Of a stretch of 37,995 bases of DNA, positions 34,401 through 37,995 are shown one piece after another. The position numbers and the translations under genes were made by a program. The stretch's first letter is position 1. The number at the start of each line of letters is the position of its first letter. This DNA comes from a virus (taxonomy: Duplodnaviria; Caudoviricetes). The notes under the pieces are model-generated. The model made no database searches. It saw only the letters and a list, made by a program, of their open reading frames with translations, and had not been told where the DNA came from. Location: the IMG/VR virus record IMGVR_UViG_3300019459_000019, positions 1-37,995 of that record; one strand, written 5' to 3'.

Positions 34401-35007
34401 TAAGGGCTTCCTGTGTAGCCTTAGCTACGGATAGCTTAACTGCTTGCTTTCCCCCTTGGGTAATACCAAAGCCAGCCGCTTTAGTTATACCACCTGTCAA
34501 TAAACCAAGATAGTTTGATGGGTCTTTAGCTGCAGCAAAGATGTAATCCTTTATACCATCTACAGCCCCAAGCACCCCGTCATTTACAAACACACTACCT
34601 GTTTGATCGTACAGGTCATATGCTTGCTTTGCTTTTACTTTATCTAACTCTGTTGCCTTAGATACAAATCTAGCCTCACTTGCAGTAGATACAACGTTTG
34701 TATTGAACGCTCTCATATGATCAAAAAACTGTTCTACAAGTTTATCATCATCATACGCACCACCATCACGGTACTGATAGCCAAACCTAGACATCATGTA
34801 GTCACGTATCTTAGCGGCATTGGCAGACTTTTTTAGATCATCTTTCTTTAGTTTGCCTTGCTTGACGTTTGTATCTTGAGCAGCATCTCTTCTAGCTAGA
34901 ATGTCCTCTAAAGAAACGCCTTTTGGCTTAGGCTCTACAGCAGTAGTAGTAGTGGTAGCCTCTTCTTTTTTCTGCCTATCCAGTATATCCTGTAAAGAAA
35001 CACTCAT
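31471..35007 (-). CDS. Large probable internal virion/ejection protein (1178 aa)
   Basis: Ala/Gly-rich, helical-looking; last gene of the structural arm, as in podoviruses. Function is inferred. Confidence 0.75.
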   Translation of the reverse strand: MSVSLQDILDRQKKEEATTTTTAVEPKPKGVSLEDILARRDAAQDTNVKQGKLKKDDLKKSANAAKIRDYMMSRFGYQYRDGGAYDDDKLVEQFFDHMRAFNTNVVSTASEARFVSKATELDKVKAKQAYDLYDQTGSVFVNDGVLGAVDGIKDYIFAAAKDPSNYLGLLTGGITKAAGFGITQGGKQAVKLSVAKATQEALKKGASREAAEKIGKEAGEAALNHALSIGAKNPAAKKIMRETARRERDLALRRARLQARQQAKQEITEGAAKKSLYATAATDTGLAVLQDLQIQNLMIDVESQDEYSLLQTGFSSLFGVVAPGAQIVAGKMKGKSGYADLGLEGELAAMREKRTKPVTIKLTNSQIDDVTADIKKNVRSWKEKVEAGRDMFSRNITDTDVFSQIILGSNGKGTVDGLAFQLAKSGHKLPNNVTISDALSNIVPQLPEDELTEINKLLKITGITLGDATSSQKNLQDLVAFEASRGGSTLNVMSQAAKIVNGTLLHGETIISEASGEILKKEGEKAKRAQPFAYGQNLWRRMLVSSTSTTAVNVAGFAQYATVSTLADVLNGYGHIALSMTQKGQKAVETRRRGRVYLDMQAQKMRNLLDPYTTHDAYMAFLGQHKDVSKILFETVSGGVERTGKRYGIDTTKGVAKKLETIADAATKISGVRIQDSFTKSQMFMGELDKYVRLKHDKDLMTVLKEGDTALIDNDVIGGALDQTLRSVFSKDYTAQDNFLGLAAKQIENLSNIPVVGTILPFGRFFNNVIATGYQWSAGGAIDMASALVRGAAKKGEDVDMLKPTEAFARTLVAYSTAGLAIAYDEERRKKGLGVYEVESGAGNVIDMKSQFPASMFLLAGRILGIRKDGDVVPSELVTELGKQMAIGQFASDAQFGNDLNSIVDFFLNMEGDVDYLKAGFGSGITKAGGNYLSGYTRPLDTLNKLVGFATETDTAKDVRQSQGIDTLSQSSLKYVDNLAEVFIDAIDNAKGDLNDKTKNTLTGEELRVGIREGEVYDPNPLAKVLGVTIKQTRTAAEELYSVAEMAPWTAGERSEIAGYDKVFNKVFAPLLERESRTLLADPKFKKANLQQRRTMVSDRLTKIRADVKSYLEASSDSDTIIQSLRRKASATGNRNSKAEAKRFMKSKGATTNIRDMNYNELYMYLNYLDYHDQVYKE

Positions 35008-35008
35008 A

Positions 35009-37015
35009 TTACTCTTCCATCATATTAAGGGCTTGCAAAATAATACTGGCAGCGTTGTCTAGATCCATGTAAGTAGAGTCAGCTACAAGCTCTGAGTTAC
35101 CTGAGTTTTCTTCAAACCAAGCAGCTAGTGCTTCTTTAACTTCTGAAATAGGATCATCTTTCGTGATACCAAACTCTTCCATAGCCTCTAGCATTTGATT
35201 ATCATACTTCATAAAGAAGTCTGTTTTACTTCTTACAGGTGGTGCAGTAGATATATCAGGTGCTTTTTCTTGCTTTCTTGGCCTATCACCTAAACCTTGT
35301 AGTGGCGTACTGGGTGGCTTTGCATTTGGTACATCCAAAGGATCTGCTGCAATAACTCTAGCCTCTTCTTCTGCAGGGCTTATAATTACGTCTGGTTGCA
35401 CTACATCTTTAAATGCCCCTGCTCCTACAGACCACATATCAAGAGGGCGTGGTGGTAGACCTGCAGCTACACGCTCCTTACGAGACATTTCTTTCCACTC
35501 TGCCAGAGTAACATCTGACATAGACTTTTTCCAGTTATTGACTTTAGTGATGTTGATAGCTGCTGTATCACGAGGGCTAGTACCTCTGTCACTAAGGTTT
35601 ATAGGTTGCTCTACAAAGGCCTTACTCTCTAAGATAGGTTTAGCATCTGGGTTTGTTTGTATCTCTTCCTGCATTTCTGGAGAAGCTAATACATAATCTG
35701 ACATAGGTACGCTAAGGGTTTCATCTGTCTGATGATTAAACACCCGCATATTACCATCACCATCTTCAAAAATAGTAGTGTTGGGTATTACAGCAGAAGT
35801 AAATGTTACTGCATCAGGCTCTAACGAGAAAGGTAAGCCTTCCATGTCCTGTGTTTGTACAGGGATAGGAGCGTTATCTTGATTAACAATCTTAACAGTT
35901 TCTACTGTTTGTTCTGCTGCAGGTGCTGGAACAGAAGGCATTGTAGGTGCTTGCTCATTTGCTGTGTCATCCAAAGGTAATTCAGGTTGTGATACATCAG
36001 TATCGGTAGCGGTAGGTGAGCTTTCTTCTGTTGGTTCTTCCTCTACTGCGCCACCTAAAGTTGTTGCAGTCCATCCCGGAACGCCTACAATGGTATCGTA
36101 CTGATTAGCCATACGCTTTACAAAAGTCTCACCAAAGTAAGCTGCAGCTTGGTCTTGCACATAAGGTGCAAACTGCTCATTTAAAACTTGTAGTTTCTTC
36201 ATTTCTGCTTGCGCTAATCTACCTTGAGCCTTTAAAAGCTGAGACTGTGAACCTTCTACACCAGCATCTACATTACGTTGGAATACAATAATGTCTTCTC
36301 TAGCTTGCTCTATTTCACTTTCTGCTTCTGTAAAGGCATCGTTAGCATTTACTGTAGACTGAAAATCTATACGGGCGCTAGACACATCGTTCTCACTAAA
36401 TAAGTTAGGAGACAGGTAAGTAAGGTAAGAGTTACCACCTACTTTATTATACGCAGAGGATGACGCCATTTGCTTTAGATCAAACAAGCTCATACCTTCA
36501 TAGACTTCTTCTTGGTCTAACTTGAAGCGAACATCGTCCATAGCAGTACGTCCAGTTGTACGATCCCACCAGTTAGACTCAGGACGTTTGTAATCTCCTG
36601 TGGTGTACTTACCAATGCCAAAACCTTCATCAAGCATATCTTGTATAGTCACACCTGTCATAGCAGGATCAAGAGTAGTGGCAGCAAATATATCAGCGTT
36701 GTTCTTCACAAAGTCTATGCCTTGACTTGCTACACCTTTAGACAAAACATTATCTAAAGTAGACAGCCCATCTAAGCCATTCTCTGCATAAGCAGCCTTG
36801 ACCATCTCTTTTGTGCCGCCCTTACTAATGATTTTCTGTGTAAGGGTTTCCGCATTATTACGTGCTTTAATTTTCAAGTCAGCTTTAGCTTGATACGCAG
36901 CCTGATTCTCACGAAGATCATCCATGTAATCTTCTGCTTTTTTCTTACGTCTTTGAATGTTCTCTGCAGATGTTTTGAAAAACCCTGTCAGAAATGCCTG
37001 TGCTGCTTCACTCAT
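35009..37015 (-). CDS. Probable internal virion protein (668 aa)
   Basis: N-terminal AFLTGFF plus coiled coil; acidic Pro/Thr-rich middle; position in the structural arm. Confidence 0.7.
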   Translation of the reverse strand: MSEAAQAFLTGFFKTSAENIQRRKKKAEDYMDDLRENQAAYQAKADLKIKARNNAETLTQKIISKGGTKEMVKAAYAENGLDGLSTLDNVLSKGVASQGIDFVKNNADIFAATTLDPAMTGVTIQDMLDEGFGIGKYTTGDYKRPESNWWDRTTGRTAMDDVRFKLDQEEVYEGMSLFDLKQMASSSAYNKVGGNSYLTYLSPNLFSENDVSSARIDFQSTVNANDAFTEAESEIEQAREDIIVFQRNVDAGVEGSQSQLLKAQGRLAQAEMKKLQVLNEQFAPYVQDQAAAYFGETFVKRMANQYDTIVGVPGWTATTLGGAVEEEPTEESSPTATDTDVSQPELPLDDTANEQAPTMPSVPAPAAEQTVETVKIVNQDNAPIPVQTQDMEGLPFSLEPDAVTFTSAVIPNTTIFEDGDGNMRVFNHQTDETLSVPMSDYVLASPEMQEEIQTNPDAKPILESKAFVEQPINLSDRGTSPRDTAAINITKVNNWKKSMSDVTLAEWKEMSRKERVAAGLPPRPLDMWSVGAGAFKDVVQPDVIISPAEEEARVIAADPLDVPNAKPPSTPLQGLGDRPRKQEKAPDISTAPPVRSKTDFFMKYDNQMLEAMEEFGITKDDPISEVKEALAAWFEENSGNSELVADSTYMDLDNAASIILQALNMMEE

Positions 37016-37017
37016 AT

Positions 37018-37590
37018 CTACTGTCCTCGCGCCATAAGACCTTGCGGTGTTTCACCTTCAACCATAGGCTCCTCTGGAGCTTCATCCATAGGCTGTTCTA
37101 TTGCTGCTGCTTCTGGTTCTTCTTCTACAGCATCCTGCATACCACGAAGCATTTCTGTTCCTTCATCCTCACCAGACTTAACGCTCTTTTCTATAGCGTC
37201 TGCAATGATTACATCTAAGCGGCGTTTCTCACGCGCTGTGCGTAGCTTCTCTGGGTCTATTGCTGTCTCAGGTGTTTCAACACCGTAGGGCACCATGAGG
37301 GCTTTTATGTAGGCTCCTACGATAGGTGCAGCCAGCATCTGTACATCAACTGTGTGCAACCCTTTCATAGTACCCATGATCAATAGGGTTTCTGTTACGT
37401 CCTTTATGTTAGCACCAAGGTCAAACAGTATAGCCAGATCATCAGCAGAGTCTTCATCAGAAAGCTTTTCTATATAATACCCAACAGCTTCTTCTACTGT
37501 ATCCATCTCAGGTGGGTTTTCCCATGCAGCGTTACGAGGTGAATCTGTTAGTGATTGACCTGGAATCGGGCCTTGAAATAAGTTTGTCAT
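37018..37590 (-). CDS. Hypothetical virion-module protein (PIPGQSLT...WENPP; ends GLMARGQ)
   Basis: 190-aa ORF in operon. Confidence 0.75.
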   Translation of the reverse strand: MTNLFQGPIPGQSLTDSPRNAAWENPPEMDTVEEAVGYYIEKLSDEDSADDLAILFDLGANIKDVTETLLIMGTMKGLHTVDVQMLAAPIVGAYIKALMVPYGVETPETAIDPEKLRTAREKRRLDVIIADAIEKSVKSGEDEGTEMLRGMQDAVEEEPEAAAIEQPMDEAPEEPMVEGETPQGLMARGQ

Positions 37591-37599
37591 CTTTATGCC

Positions 37600-37995
37600 T
37601 TACTTTGTAAATCCAGCGCCAAAGTACAATCCTACAATGGCTGATACGATATGTGTGTCTAGGGGTGTTATTACGAAGCCGTTAGCGTACTTCCATTGGG
37701 TTGCTTCTGCAGGGCCAAACAACCAGTTAAGGAAGCCGCCCTGTACTTCTGTGTACCCTACAATAACGCTTACATCAGGATACCATACTGCCACCAGCTT
37801 AGGCAACACTATAATAGAGAACACAGCAGATAGTGCTATAATCCTACGTGTCCATGCAAAGTGCTTATCTGTCTTACCTGCATCCCTAGCACGGTTGACT
37901 TGATCTGCGTTAAACTGAGCATTAGCAAGCATCATCTTATTCTGCTCTTGCTTGTTCTTCATGCTCTGGCCCCATATAGACATTACTCCCCCCAA
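37600..37995 (-). CDS. Membrane protein, 5'-truncated (holin-like, tentative)
   Basis: Hydrophobic helices (RRIIALSAVFSIIVLPKLVAVW; IVSAIVGLYFG); runs off the window edge. Confidence 0.65.
   Translation of the reverse strand: MGGVMSIWGQSMKNKQEQNKMMLANAQFNADQVNRARDAGKTDKHFAWTRRIIALSAVFSIIVLPKLVAVWYPDVSVIVGYTEVQGGFLNWLFGPAEATQWKYANGFVITPLDTHIVSAIVGLYFGAGFTK

Noticed and set aside
32279-37903. Plus-strand ORFs opposite the internal virion genes
   Set aside because: Antisense shadows of long coding genes.
1-37995. tRNA/rRNA genes, phage RNA polymerase, major capsid gene, host flanks
   Set aside because: None recognised by eye. Capsid and tail genes presumably lie outside the window; tRNAscan-SE would be needed to exclude tRNAs formally.

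Overview
The whole window is phage DNA with no host genes. It resembles an HMO-2011-type marine podovirus of Alphaproteobacteria (Roseobacter/SAR116-like hosts); the main marker is a family A DNA polymerase carrying a DnaJ-type zinc finger. Minus strand 1-11.4 kb: packaging/virion arm (small basic proteins, DUF1127-like gene, TerS, TerL, portal, a 972-aa modular protein, start of a probable scaffold gene). About 11.5-12.7 kb: repeat-rich non-coding region, probably the physical genome ends. Plus strand 12.7-31.4 kb: early genes (gp88-like, C5 methyltransferase-like, tyrosine recombinase), then replication and nucleotide metabolism (primase, ThyX, helicase, PolA, SSB-like, Cas4-like nuclease, endonuclease I, MazG, class II RNR, glutaredoxin). 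Minus strand 31.5-38 kb: large probable internal virion proteins. Most notable observations: a recurring [FYML]-x-x-G-G motif in five late proteins, a candidate processing or packaging tag; a TTGACA-N16-TA(T/C/A)AACT promoter motif; a DUF1127 gene whose RBS is occluded only on read-through transcripts; non-standard starts in the terminase locus; and an Acb2/Tad1-like small protein. All family assignments come from motif recognition by eye, not database searches.
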